Below are positions 24,701-38,692 of a DNA stretch of 64,000 bases, piece by piece (the stretch's first letter is position 1; each line of letters begins with the position of its first letter). Under the pieces are notes generated by a model. That model ran no database searches and was not told where the DNA came from. It was given only the letters and a program-made list of their open reading frames with translations. Source of the stretch: Phaeosaccion multiseriatum (lineage: Eukaryota > Protista > Ochrophyta, other classes). The position numbers and the translations under genes were made by a program. The stretch lies in contig OZ218956.1 in NCBI GenBank assembly GCA_965112735.1, positions 1,984,001 to 2,048,000 on the forward strand, in the 5' to 3' direction.

Positions 24701-27279
24701 AGGCTTTGCCCGACAGGTAGAGAGCACCCCCTTGGCTGGCGGCGACGTTTCCCTCAAAAACCACCCCTGGCCCCCCATCGGTGTCGGGACCTCCTGGACG
24801 GGGACGTCTCCTCGGCCCTTCTCTCCTCGGCCCTCCTCTTCTGCCGCCGCCGCCGCCGCCGCCGCCGCTGCTGCTGCTGCTGCTTGCGGTGGTGTTATCG
24901 GCCAGAAGGCCTTCGTTCTCGACAAACATTCCTGCGCCGTTGACCGCGGAGTTGAACTGTGGCACATTGAGAGAGAGGGACGGGGTGGGGTGCGGTGGGG
25001 TGGGATCAGTTGTGGTTGGACCTTGCGCGACTACTTGCCCTACCTTGCCTTTCCTTGCCTTGCCACGCCTTCCCCTCTCACTCACTCACCCACTCGCTCA
25101 CTTACTCACCGATATCCGGGGGCTTCCTTCCACTGTCATGACACACCCGGGTCCAATCTTGACGGCTCCTCCCGATCTTCCCGCCTTGTTGTCCACGAGT
25201 TTGCTCCTGTCAGAGAGCAGCAGCGTGGAGAAGGCGCAAAAGATGGCCCCTCCGTCGCTGCGGGCGCTGTTGTTGGCCAGGTACACATGGTCTGTAATTT
25301 CGAGGATTGAGTCGTCATCGACGTCTATCGCTCCTCCCGTATGCTCCGCTGTGTTGAATTTGAATGGGAATGGGAATGGGAATGGGAATGGGAATGGGAA
25401 TGGATGTGTGGATGTGGGTTAAGCCAACGGCCAGTCAGGTCAAGGAAGGGGCAGGCCAGACTCAGGGAAGGGAAGGGGCGTCAATCCATTGCCCCCCTCC
25501 CCTGTTACTGCTACCTCACCCCTCGACCTGCTCTCTGTTTCCCTCACCGCTATTTGCATAGATCGAGGCATCGTCGTGGATATATACGTTTCCCCTCTCT
25601 CCACTGCAGACGCCTCCCTCCCTCGCTCTGTTGGCGGAGATGAGCGGCGCTTCCTCAACCACAAACGTGCCACCCAATTCAACCCGAGCCACTCCACCCC
25701 TTCGACTCGCCACGTTCTCCGTAATGAGTGCGGAGCCTCGTACGTCAACCCGCATGAGCGAAAAGATCTGAAACGCCCCCCCGTCCTCAGCAACATTCCC
25801 CTTGACGACGGCGTTCCCCTCCACCAAAACAGAAGCCCCAGTAACGCCTCCCCCCTTGACGGTGGCGATGTTGTAGGAAAGCTCGGCGTTTCCTCGAATC
25901 GTGAGGTGGCAGAAGCCTTGTTTGTTGAGTTCAAAGCACAAATAGAAGCCTCCTCCTGTGTCGAGCAGTCAGCCAGTCAGTCAGTCAGTCAGTCCAATGA
26001 GGAGAGACGATAACAGAGCGACGGCCGCGAGGGCAGGAGCCAGGGCCGGGCGCGTCGGGAGCGTCGGGCGGGGGGTTGGGGGGGGGGGGGTTACGGATGC
26101 CAATGCCACAGGTGCGAAGGAGTGCTTCATCCCGTAGTAGCCTTCCCTCCCCTCTCCTCTCCTCCTGTCTTTCCTCTCGCCCCATCTCCTCCTGTCTCAC
26201 CTTCGCCAAAAATCGGTTGCTCCGCTGTGTTTGCCGTGACCTTGGCGTTCTCTTCCATGACCGCGAAGCAGTTTTGGGCGGCCACCCCTCCTCCACGCAA
26301 GGCGTAGTTGTGGCCGACGATGCTGTTGCCTGTGAGGGTGAGGTAGCTTATGCCCACGAAGTTTTCTACCCATATCCCCCCACCCGCGTAGCCGGCGCTG
26401 CTATACAGGACTTGGGCATTGTCCGTTAGTGTGAGATTTCCCTGTGTGAAGATCCCACCCCCTACGGCAGAGGCCGTGCAGTTCTGAACGATGGTATCAC
26501 CCTTCAGGAGGATGCGAGAAGTGGGGTTGACGGCAGTGATGCAGCCCCCGACCTGCGCAGAGTAGAGGAGGAGGAGGAGGAGGAGGAGGAAGAGGAAGAG
26601 GAAGAGGAAGAGGAAGAGGAGGGGCACAGACAATATGGGAGTGGAAGGGGGGGGGGTGAAGAGATGGAAGGAGTGGGAGTCGATAACGCAACGCAGGCCG
26701 CACAGTAGCAGAGGAGGACGTCACTCACTTCACTCCATCCATTCTGCAGCGTCACACCCGTGACGGTGAGCAAGTTGTCGTCGGTCTCCGTGTAGAAGAT
26801 CCTCCCGGCGCCTCCTCCATCGAGAACGGAGGGTCCTGCCTCCTCCCCGCCATCCGCACGCAGGTGCAGGTGCACCCCCGCTGCTGGCTGCAGTTGCGTG
26901 GTCAGAGTGACCTCGCCGCGTACGGTGACGACAAACTTGGTGCCTGAAGGAGAAATGAGAGAAGCAGAGGATAAGGGAGGGGAGAGACGGGGGGGGGGGG
27001 GGTAACCGGCCCAGCTCCCTCTACCTGGGCCACACACAGCACCTCTTACCACTGCTGCTGCTCTCGTAGCTGACAGCAGTCCCACTCACCATTGTACACG
27101 TCTAAGCATCGCGCAAGCTCCTCCCCTCTCGCTGTGCTGTTCAGGATGAACTCAAACACCCCGGACGGAGTCAAAGTGGTGTTGCAGGACTGGGCATCGA
27201 CCGGCGAAGGCAGCACGAGTAGCAGTGCTGCCGCTGCTACTGCTGCTGCTACTGCTGCTGCTTTTATTCCTCTCCCCAT
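20385..27279 (-). CDS. Polymorphic-membrane-protein-like receptor: signal peptide, beta-helix GG(A/G)I/FxxN repeats, Cys-rich region, multi-TM domain
   Basis: Signal peptide MGRGIKAAAV..LLLVLPSPVDA; LDGGGAGRIF; many N.A..GGA(I/V) repeats; YWRDS..IKECWNKEAC; CAEGFEGPYCAVCESGY; LLITWQIL; FLRADYSLEC; YWEAVECLRRL. Many introns; 3' end approximate. Confidence 0.8.
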
Positions 27280-27747
27280 GATCCTTGCTCATGAGCTTCC
27301 TTGGCACAGAAGGAGGGAATGCAGGTTAGACTTCTGGAGTTGCAGAGGACCAGCTCTATCTCTCTCTCTCTCTCTCTCAAAGAACTTCTCTATGACAGGA
27401 CAATAGGACTCCAATGAAAGGATAATAGGACTCGTCGGCTGTCCACGGCACAATCATCCCCTGAAGGCAGGTCGGCATGTCGACATCAATTCGTCCCGGA
27501 TAAGAAGCCCAAGGGGACCAAAAAATGAATGTGATTCAGTCAAGATTTGGATTTTGGAATGGAAAAAAAAATTCCAACTGCGGCCTCCCCTGCCTGCGGG
27601 GCGCCAACGCAGTGTATGGACTCAAGCGTTTGCTGATGAGCCGCACGTTTGCTGATACGACTGGAATGGTTTCTCATTGGGAGCGATGAGGGTGTAATAA
27701 GAGTGGAGGTGCAGTTGAGGAAAAGTTAGGCCAGGCGTTAAAACGTG
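27280..27747. promoter_or_regulatory. Putative bidirectional promoter between the two receptor paralogues
   Basis: 468 bp between divergent signal-peptide ATGs at 27279 (-) and 27748 (+). Confidence 0.45.
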
Positions 27748-28326
27748 ATGAAGCTTCTCGGACGGAGGGCCGCTTGCCTGCTTTTGCTGCTCCCCGGACT
27801 GGTTCAAAGCTGCTCCGAGACGCCTACTGCGGACGGCTCCATCTACCTGAAGGTGGACGATGCAGTCAGTGCCCAGGCTTTGGCGGACCAGCTCGTCGTT
27901 TGCCAGGAGGGTAGGTAGTGCCACTGCACAGGGGGTGGAGATAGGGACGGCAATTGGCCTTGCACTGTAGATTCCTCTCTCTCTCTCTCCCCACATGAAG
28001 GGGTTCGCGCTGAATCCCTGGTCCTCCTTCCCCTCCTCCTCGTTCTCCTCGTCCTCCGGCTCACCCTCCCCCTCTAACTCTCTAACTCCGGCTCCCTGTG
28101 CCCCTCCTCCTCCTCATCCCCCCCTCATCCTTTTCTTTGCCCTCGTCCCTTTCTTTATCCTCCTCCTCCTCCTCCTCCTCCTCCTCCTCCTCCTCCTCCT
28201 CGTCGTCGTCGTTCTCCTCGTCCTCCGGCTCACCTTGAGTCTCTAACTCTCTAACTCCGGCTCCCTGTGCCCCTCCTCATCCTTTTCTTTGCCCTCATCC
28301 CTTTCTTTATCCTCCTCCTCCTCCTC

Positions 28327-28366
<40 letters not shown>

Positions 28367-30339
28367 TCTTGCTCCTCCTCCTCCTCCTCTTGCTCCTCCT
28401 CCTCCTCCTCCTGCTGCTCCTCCTCTCCTCCTCCTCCTCCTCCTCCTCCTCTTCACTCTGCCTGTCCCTGCCTCCCGTCCTCCCTCGGCTGTATGCAGAC
28501 TTTGTGGTAACGTGGGTAGGGCAAGTGTCCCTGCCCTCCACGCTAAACTTCACAGCCAAGTCTCTCACCATCACCGGCAACAGCACCGGCAGCAGCATTA
28601 TCGATGGCAACAGCACCATTCGCCCCTTCCTCGGCCTCTCAGGCGCAGGGCAGACCTCATCTCTGCATCTCTCGGACATTACCGTCCAGAAGGGCTTTCA
28701 CTGGGAAGGGGGCGGTCTGCTGCACCTGATGGCCCTGGCCAATGACTCGGTGGCGTCACTAACCACCTCCAGCAACACCCTCTTCCTCTCCAACTCCGCC
28801 CCCAAGGGAGGAGCCATCTTTGCTCACAATGAGGCGGGGCTGCTCGACATATCATTGACGGGCAACACCACCGCCCTTTCCAACGAGGCCACAGTTGGAG
28901 GTGGGGGATTCATGGAGCTCATCAGCGGTCTCGAGGCCCAAACGACCTTCACCATGAAGGACCACAGTGTGTTGGAAGGCAACCGAGCGGGGTGGAGGGG
29001 CGGAGCCATCTATGCGGCTTCCTATGACGATGCGGGCTGCCTTATATCTTTGACCGATCGCTCAAGAGTGCATTCCAATATTGCCCCGAGTGGAGGGGGC
29101 GGTATGCACGTGCTGAGGTGTAATGTGAGCATGAGCGACGAGGCGTCCATCTCCTACAATGAAGCGCCGTGTAAGTAGTCAGGAGGAGGAGGAGGAGGAG
29201 GAGGAGGAGGAGGAGGAGGAGGAGGAGGTGGTGGAGGATGTGGAAGGAAGGAGAGGGAGGAAGAGAGCGAGGCGGGGGAAGGCCCGTATACCAGATCCAT
29301 CCATCTATCCATCCATCCAATCCGTCCTCCCTTCTTCGCACCCCTTCGCTTTTACTTTAACCACATTGGACCGTACTCCCTCTCACACACACTCACACTC
29401 ACACACACTCCATTTACAAATCTCATACGCTGCTCTTGCTGTGTGTCTGACTTGCGACCAGCCGGGCCCGGGGGGGGCGTGGAAATGGGATTTGCGAATA
29501 TCCGCGCCTCGGTAGTCAACATCACGGGCAGCGCCAGCGTACACCACAATAGGGCCGGAGGCGACGGGGGGGGCATCTTCACAACGGTGGGGGATTTGCA
29601 TCTGTCGAACAGGGCCAGTGTAACCGATAATTGGAGCGGGACCAGTGGCGGGGGCATTTACGTGTTTGCACGCATGCAGGCGTACCTCACGGGCAATGCC
29701 AGAGTGTGCGACAACACCGCGGGAAGGTACGCGGGTTCGAAAGGGGGGTGTGCGCGGGGTTTTCAGGGTCGGTTTGTTTTTAATAGGCCCAATGCAGCCT
29801 GCAGTACGTAGTATCGTGACTTCCTTCTCCACTTTTTTTTTTGCCCCGGTCGTTACGATCCCCTGAAGAAATGGAACCGAATATCCCCCATCTACGACGA
29901 CCACACACGAGCAATGCTTCTACCTCTCTACACGGCAAGCCTTGTGACGGTCGCTCGCTCGCTCCTGTGGCTCCCTCCCAACCAACACCCCCCTCTGCCC
30001 TCCCTATCCAACCTCACAGGTACGGAGGCGGCGTGTCTCTGTTCGAAAGCGGAGAGCTGTGGATGGACGACGACGCGGAAATCTCTCGCAACCGGGCCCG
30101 GCGCGGGGGGGGGATATCCGTTAGGGTAAAGTCGTCCACCTTTGTGCGGGGAAGAGCCGTAATTAGGTGAGTGAGTAAAAGTAGAGGAGTTGGTGAGTGG
30201 GTGGGGCATGCAGGTGGGGTGTGGGTTATCGATGGCTTGGGCCGGGGGGGGGCTTGCGATTGTGGGTGGGCAGGGGGATGGAGGGATGAGTGATGCATGT
30301 CTTTGATTTGATGACTTACGGAGCGTTTTTGTTTTGACG

Positions 30340-30387
<48 letters not shown>

Positions 30388-31440
30388 ACTTTTGCAGGGA
30401 CAACACGGGCCTGGACTTGGGCGGAGGCATCTTCGTCAAGGACTCCAGTGAGCTCGAGCTGGGCGACCAGGTGAGTGTAAGTTTCAGGTCCAGTTTCAGT
30501 TTAATAGACCGACCGGAGACGACATGTACCCATTCTGAACTGGAGGACCTTCTTGAGACCAATTGGAAAGCGCTTGCTTGCTTCTGTGCCATCTGTTGGC
30601 CATCTTTACCAACTGTGAACAGGTCAAGGTGGAGAACAACACGGCTGCCAATTCCGGCGGCGGCGTGTTTTGCACCTTCTCCAAAGCGACCCTGGGGGGT
30701 AGGGCCGAGGTGTCGGCCAATGACGCCACCTGCGGGAACGGAGGGGGCTTTAGTGCGGACGCTGGGTGTGAGGCACTCATCACCGACAGCGCTGCGATAC
30801 GGGTACGCAAAGGATGCTTCGCCAAACTCTCCCTTTCTCTCCCTCCTCTCTCTTCCTCTCTCCCCCTCTCTCTCGCTATCCATTCTCTATCTCCCTTACT
30901 CTCTCTCTCTCTCCTTCTCCACCTCTCTCCCCACCTCCCCCCCTCCCCCCTCCCTGTTCTCCGTGTCACGTTACGTGGTTGCTACCCCACCCAACCACCC
31001 CCCGCCACGCCCTTACTCGATCTTCTACACCCCCACTCCACACAGAGCAACACTGCTACCTTCGGCGGAGGCATATACGTGTCCAGCAACACCGACGTCC
31101 GCGCCGCTCCAGGCAGCAACCCGACCTTGAGCCTCAACTCGGCCCTGGACAGCGGAGGGGGGGTCTATCTGGAGGGCGGAGACACCGCCTTGGACGGAGC
31201 AACGTTCTGGGAAAATTCCGCGCAGCTCTCCGGCGGGGCTGTGTACCAGGTGTGTGTGTGTATGTGCGTGTGTGTGTGTGGGTGGGTGCATGGGTGGGGT
31301 GGGTGGGTGGGTGAATGGGTTTGTGGGTTGGTGGTGGTGAGGGGGTGGGGTTAGTGGGGTGGATGAGTGGGTGGGTGGGTGGTTGGGTGGGTGATTGAGG
31401 GGGTGAGTGGATGGTGTGGGTGGTCCGAGTAGATGCACAC

Positions 31441-31476
<36 letters not shown>

Positions 31477-34400
31477 GTTCACACACACACACGCAGAGAG
31501 AGAGAACAGCCACACACATGCACAGAAACGAGCTTCCTCACACTGTTGGCGCCTTTCTCTACCCACACCCCCTTCCGCCCCTTCCCTGCTTCGCCCACAC
31601 GCACACACACGCACACACATACACACACATACACACACTCACAGTCGGCAGACAGCAGCAGCTTCTCTTGCGATGCCTGCTCCTTCTCCTCCAACTCGGC
31701 CGATTGCTGCTCCTCCCTCAGCGCCAGCGGAACCGAGCTGCCCCAGGGCGCCACGTGCATTGACGTGGACGTGGGTCTGGCAGGGCTCCAATGCTGCGGT
31801 GAAGGAGAGTTTATTTCGGAAATTGCTTCGGCGGTTGCAGGGGTTTCCGAGTTTGTGTGTTTGTCGTGTTTAGACACCCCCGGCATTGAGTGCTCGGGGG
31901 TGGGCAACACGCTCCAGACGCTCAAACTTAGTCCGGGCTTTTGGAGACCTTCTGCAGGCACCATGGGCATTCTTGAGTGTTGGAACGCCGAGGCGTGCCA
32001 GGGTGGCACCTTGGCGACGACTGCGAGTACGAGTACGACTAACGTTGTTGCTGCTGCTGCTGCTGCTGCTACTACTACTAAGCCTGGAGCGCGCTCTCTC
32101 CAAGCAAGGGGAAAGTTCGACCCGAACAGCGTGGTGAATGGGTACTGCGCTGAGGGATATGTGGGGCCCTACTGCGCCGTGTGCGACGAGGGCTACGCGC
32201 GGCTGCTGGGGTAAGTGAGTGTGCTTGTGACTGCGTGCGTGCGTGAGCGGGAGAGCGTGTGGGCGTGTGTGCGTGGGTGTGTGCGTGCGCGGCGTTGGGG
32301 TTGTGCTCCTCTACTGTTTACTACCCCCTTCGTTGACTTTGGCGCCTCCTCTCCCTCCCTTCCTCCCCCCCCTCCCTCCACAGCTTCCAATGCACAAAGT
32401 GCGAAGGCAGTCACCGCAACACCTTCTACGCCTTCCTCACCATCATCCTCCTGGTCCTCCTCACCGCCGTCCTCATATTTATCACTGAGCTCTTCTCAAT
32501 GGACGAGACGGACCCGATAGTCGACGCGGCTTATGGATGTTGGGCTGCTCTGCGGGCCCTCAAGAAGGGTACCAAATCTTTTGTAGCTCGTCTCATGACG
32601 GGTGTGTCAAAGGTGCCCTGGAATAAGCTCAAGGTGCCCGTGGTTGTGTTTCAGATTCTCTCGCAGAACCTCTCCATTACCGGCATCAAGATCCCCGGTA
32701 TTTACGGTGAGTAAAGTGAGCCAAGTATATGCGATAAGTTAAATGACGAGATGGGATGAGGCCGTTCGCTTTTAAGGATGGGAGAATGCCAAGCAAGACC
32801 GACTTACTTAGCCTCACCTTCGTCCTTACGTCACCTCCTTCCCCGCTTCCCTCCCTCTCCCCCCCCTCTCTCCCTCCCTCCCTCCCTCCCTCCCTCCCTC
32901 CTACCTGCTGCCCTTTCAACTGAGCGCAGGCAAGTTCATCACCGGGCTGGACATTGTCAACCTCGACTTCAGCTGGCTCGTCAACAGTGGTTGTGTCACT
33001 CGTCTCGATCACTACGATCGCCTGCTCATCGCCACCCTCACCCCTATCGGTATCGGAGTCTTGCTGCTCGGCACACACCTTCTCTCCCTGTATGTGGCCA
33101 AGCACAAGGCCAAGACGAGGAGCTGGGGAGAGAGGGATGTACGGGTCTACACCAGAACGTGGAAGCAACGACATGTGGTGACCGTGCTGTTGGTTACCTT
33201 CCTCATATACTCGGGTACGGAGAGGAGTGCGCTAAGAGATGTATAGGCAGAGGAACGAGGGCTTGCTTGCCAGCATGCACATGCGGGCATGGCCACAGTT
33301 GTGGTGTGGTGTGGAGATAGTTGACCCGTCCCTCCCTCCCTCCCTCCCTCCCCGCCTCCCTCCCTTCCTCCTTCCCTCCCTCCCTCCCTTCCTCCTTCCC
33401 TCCTTCCCTCCCTCCCTCCCTCCCTCCCTTCCATCCCCTCACAGCCGTGAGTACCGCGGTGTTCCAGACCTTCGCCTGCGAAGACGTGCTCGGCACTCGC
33501 TACCTCCGTGCAGATTATTCCGTGGTGTGCGAGGGGCCCAAGTACAAAGGCTTCGTCGCTTACGCCATTTTCATGGCCATCATGTATGTGAGGCTCTCTT
33601 TCTTTTTTTTTGTTTTTTTTGTTCTTTCTTTCTTTTTTTCGTTCGTTCTTTCTTTCTTTCTTTCTTTCTCATCATTCATTCCGACGCGGAACGTGTGCCA
33701 ACACTCAACACCGGGGGGGGGGGGGGGCGAGCGAGCGATATACCGTTACGGCACCTGCTCTCTGTCTCGCTCCCTCTTTTTGCCCTCGTTTAACGGACCA
33801 CGTTGAGCTTTGGCCTCACGCCATGCCCCTGCCCTGCCCATACACCTTTTGCCTTGCTCATATACCTCTTCCCATCCCCTGGCCCTTCCCTTCTTAACTC
33901 TCCACACTCCACGGCCACCACCACCACCACCACCACCACCACCACCACCACCTTCACCACCACCACCACCACCACCACCATCACCACCACCACCACCACC
34001 TTCACCACCCACCTTCCCTCCCTCCCAACTCTCCCCACGCAGCTACCCTTTCGGTATCCCTGCCTACTATGCGTACATGCTGTGGCGGAACCGTTGGAAG
34101 CACCGCGTCCGCTCTACAGAGTCCTTCCGCTCTCAGCACGAAAGGTCCTACCTGTGGTTAACGGGCTCCATCGCCAAGTCAACATCATTCTTGAACGGAA
34201 GCTCGGTGAGTTGGCGCCACACCCTCAGCACGCGCCGCTCGACGTCCTTCATGGGCAACGGGTCCCGTAGGGAGTCTCGTAGCGGGTCACGTACCAGCGG
34301 TGGCGTGGGTGCGCTGAGCTTCCGCTCTCAGCAAAAGGTGCAGGAAGCATTCCACCCCATTCGCTCGCAATGGTCGTCAATGGCACTGGCAAAAGATGGC

Positions 34401-36233
34401 AAAAAGGGCGAGAAGGATAACAAGGCTTTGGTCAGCAGTCCAGGAAGGGAATTTGTGGAGTCGTGGCTCTTTGCGCCTATGCGAGACTCGGAGAATGGAC
34501 GGCAAGTAAGTGGACCGCGAGAAGGCGAAGGTCTTGAACCACCACCGCCTCCGTATACCGAATTCGAGACGGGTGGAGGTGGGGGAGGAGGAGGAGGAGG
34601 AGGCGGAGGAGGCTTTCCCCGGAGTAGCGCTAGAAGCAGCGGTAGCAGCAGCAACTGCACAGAAGCGGTGGCCAAGTGCGCTGCCGAGGCTGATGTCTCC
34701 ATGGAGCGCAGGCGGAGGATGATCTCTTCGAACGTTTCAGATGTGTCAGACGTGGGGACGCACACCGATTCGGATGCCTCCGCCTCTGCCGCTAGCCTCG
34801 GCTCTCGCTCCGACTCCGGCTATTCCTCCTTCACGCCCTGCTCCTCGCCCTTCCTCTGGCCTCCCGACTCCAAGTTAAAGACCGTCGCCGAGAGACAATC
34901 AATTGCCGGACAACCAACGGGTGGCAGGAAAGAGCATGCAGTACGGTGGGGAGGGGAGGGTCAGCTCCCGCGAGAAGGACCTCCGCCAGAGGAGAAGGAG
35001 GAAGAAGAGGGGCAGGAGGAGGAGCAGCAACGGCAGCAGCAGTTGATGATAGAGCAGCAGAGGGGCGCCGATGAGATGCCCGCCCCGCTACTCCAATTCG
35101 CACGGCAGGAGACGCGCCGCAAGCCCAACAACAACAACAACAACAACAACAAGGACAACAAGGACAACGACAGCAGCAGCAACTATCTGAGGGGGAAGGG
35201 CAACGCTACCGATTACACGGAGCCTCCTGCGCGTTTCCTGTGGCAAGGTTACCGCCCCGAGACGTACGGGTGGGAGGTGTTCGAGTGCCTGAGGCGCCTC
35301 TTCCTGACGGGCCTCGTTGTCTTTGTGGCTCCCGGCCTCAGCGCCCAGCCGGCAGCGGCGTGTCTGTTTGCGCTCTTGTCGCTTGTGGTCATCTCGCTCG
35401 TGCGACCCCATGCCAACAGTTACGACCACATGACGTATGCGTTTGGGGCGGTTATTGTCTTCCTCAGCATGTTCCTCTCCCTCCTTGTCAAGGTACGACG
35501 GAGGGAGGAGGAGGGAGGGAGAGTGAGGGAGGGAGGGGTCAGGAGCCTGAATAGTTGGGGGTAAAACCACACACAGCAGTTGGTGCGTGCAGCACGAAGT
35601 ATTGAATGCTTGTATTGTACTCTCGATATCCCGTCTTGACTGCCTCTAATTGGGCTGCATGATACCGAATCCTTCCATCGCGAATTAATTCCATGTCCGT
35701 CCCTCTCCCTCTCCCTTCCTCCCTCCCTCTCTCATGCGCACCTGCCCACCTCACAGGAGGAAGTGAGCGACGAGGAGCAGTTCGACCAATCCGCGTTCGG
35801 CCTGCTTCTCGTGGTGCTCAACGTCATCCTCCTCGGCTGCGCTGTGGCGCAAATCTTGTTTGCCGTCCTGCTTACCAATTCGGCCGTGGGAGCCAGGATG
35901 ACTCGTAGTAGAGGGAAAAGTGGCGGCGGTGGGCAAGATGGCCAAGACGGGCAAGACGGGCAAGACGGGCAAGACTCGTTTGATAACGGCATATTGTCCA
36001 GAGCAGTGGTGGAGGGCGGGGAAGGAGAAGGAGGAGTGGGGGGAGGAGGAGACGAAGAGGGACACGTATCGTCCCCCCAGGGAGAGCAGGAGGAGGAGGA
36101 GAATGAGAGAAGGATGGCTGGGCTGCAAGTGGAGGAGGAGGAGGAGGAGGAGGAGGAGGAGGAGGAGGAGGAGAATGAGAGGTGTGGAGCATTGGTGGGA
36201 CATGGTCAGAATTTGCCCGCCCCCGTGGCTTAA
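27748..36233 (+). CDS. Second PMP-like beta-helix/Cys-rich/multi-TM receptor with a long Ser/Gly-rich loop
   Basis: Exon 1 MKLLGRRAACLLLLLPGLVQS (absent from the ORF track); IIDGNSTIRPF; GGAI repeats; GFWRPS..ILECWNAEAC; CAEGYVGPYCAVCDEGY; KVPVVVFQIL; YLRADYSVVC; YRPETYGWEVFECLRRL. Confidence 0.8.
28042..28330. repeat. About 170-bp imperfect tandem duplication in intron 1
   Basis: CTCGTCCTCCGGCTCACC..CTCTAACTCTCTAACTCCGGCTCCCTGTGCCCCTCCTC..CCTTTTCTTTGCCCTC occurs twice. Confidence 0.8.
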
Positions 36234-36825
36234 TTATTTATGCATTTGTGCAGTCCCCAGCGCCATGGTAGGTGCAGGAGAGCTCCCTTAAGGGAAGAGC
36301 CTACCGTACAGTGACTGAGTGTCGGTGAGTGGGAAACCTTTCCACCACCCTGTGCTCTCGTGAGTGACATGACATACTAAGTACATCTTAGTCACCAAAA
36401 TACACGGCTTCGCCTCTCTTTCTGTCTGCTTCGCTGGTACTTCCTACTGCTCCCCCCATCACGCCATTCCTCAATCAGCTCTAATTGGTGTGGCTCTAGG
36501 TGCTCAGTTCATCGAATTGAATAGTCCTATCTGAAAACTGATCTGCTGTATCTCTCCATCTGCTACTGCTGCTGCTTGTCCTTGTCCAGATGGACCTGTT
36601 TGCCCGAGTGGGGAGGCAGGCGGGACAGGCTTGAGGCTTGAGGCGACAATGACAATGACAAATGACAAGGCTTTGGGGAGATTTTCCCTTGAAGCTCGAG
36701 TTATGTACACTTCACTCGCTGTTACTCAGCACCGTGAGAGAATCCTCAAATGAGCCTAGACATGAAAGACCCTGATGACTTCCATCTATCCTTTTCCTCT
36801 TGGTCATGTGGGGGCTCCTTGCTTG

Positions 36826-37066
36826 TCAAAAGCCGACCCCTTCCTTCTCGTAGAGGTCCTCCTGTTGCCTATAGTTCAGCAGAGCGAGCTTCATGTGACC
36901 AAAAACCTCTCGTGGGATGAACGGCTGTGGCGACGGCAGTGGATGGCGGCCATGGCGGGGAGGAGGAGCGGGGAAGAGAAAGGAAACGCAGGCAAGTGAG
37001 TGAGAGAGTGAGTGCGTGAAGGGTGTTTGTTGAGCAGACGCTGTGCAGGCAACCCCCCCCCCCTCT

Positions 37067-37127
<61 letters not shown>

Positions 37128-37767
37128 TTTGCATGAAGCCATTCATCCCGCAGGAGGCGCACTCCAACACATCCGCGGGGCTGGCGCTGCAGCTGTACCC
37201 CAACACGCACACCTTGCTCTTACGCGCCTCCTTCGCCGCCCGCACGCCCGACTCCTCGCACATCTTCTCATCCTCCTCCTCATCATACTCAACCCCCCCT
37301 TCCTCCGCCTCCGCCTCCTCCTCCTCCTCCTCCTCCTCCTCATCAAGACGTCCGTCGGCGTCATCGTCCCCCCCCAGTGGCGACGGGGCCGCTAACGATC
37401 GTCGTCCACCTCCCGGCCCCCTTTCCGCAGAAACCGACCCCTGAGATGTCTCAAGCTCGCCCGCCATCTTCCGTGACAGCGACTCCCGCTCCTCCATTAG
37501 CGACGCCCGATGCTCCTCGACGGCCAGGTCGTAGGCGTAGTCCTCCTGGTCCTCCTCCCACTCACGCAGGGCCCTCACCACTTCTATTCCGCTCATTCTC
37601 TCCAGGATGAGGTCCATGAAACAAAACCTATGTTGGCCCTTCTTGAGAATCTCCAGCGCTTCCCGACCGTGCGCGCTTTGGTCCACTTCGAAGCCACCCC
37701 CCTCAAGTACTCTCGTCATGAGTCTGCGTGTCGTGCTGGAGTCATCGCATAGCAAAACACGGATACC

Positions 37768-37809
<42 letters not shown>

Positions 37810-38656
37810 AAGCACGCACAAACACAGCGGCAGACAGATAAGAAGGCAGACAGAGACACAGTCACACATAAGAGAGGAAGATCAGAAAGACACATAAACA
37901 GACAGATAGGTAAACAGACGGAGAGATAGAGACAGACACGCAGTGGTTGAAAGCAAACAGCGAGGGGGGGGGGGGGACGGAAGGTAGGGTCAGCTCCGTA
38001 AGCAGCAGTACGGCGCACACACACATGCACACACACACGTACACAAACACACACAATTATCAAAACCTTCAGATCAAACAACCAAATAAAACAAGCCTTC
38101 CCCTCCTCCTTCTCCTGATTGATTGATTGATTTCCAACAAGAAGGAGTACGAGCAAAGGGCAGAAACGACCAAACAAACCAATCGAAGGACGAAGCAACC
38201 AAACCAACGAACCAACGCACCTTGCAAGCCCAACTCCTCCGCTGCGGTGGGCACAACCAACTCCTTGCCCGCGGCACCACCCGCCGAGCCTTTCTTGGAG
38301 GAGGAGCCCAGTGCCGGCCCCTTAGACGCGGGTCCCGATCCGTCGGGATCTCTGAAGAACTCAAGGCGGCTCAGCTCCGGATCGACCGTAATGGCCCCAA
38401 TCCGGTCTGTGTCGTCGTCTGACGTGCATTCCGAGCAATCCACAGAGGTCACCGGAGGCACGTAGCACCCGTCTGCGCTGACATACGAAACTCGCGCTCC
38501 AGATGGTGGTCGGGTGGGCTGCTGCTGCTCGTTGTTGCCATCGCTGTCATCGGCAGACTGCTGACGTGTGAAGGTGCGATTGTCACTATCACTCCTTCCA
38601 CTCGCTCTACCTCCGCCTTCTTGTGCTGCATCTGCTGCATCTTGCCGACAGCCTAC

Positions 38657-38692
<36 letters not shown>

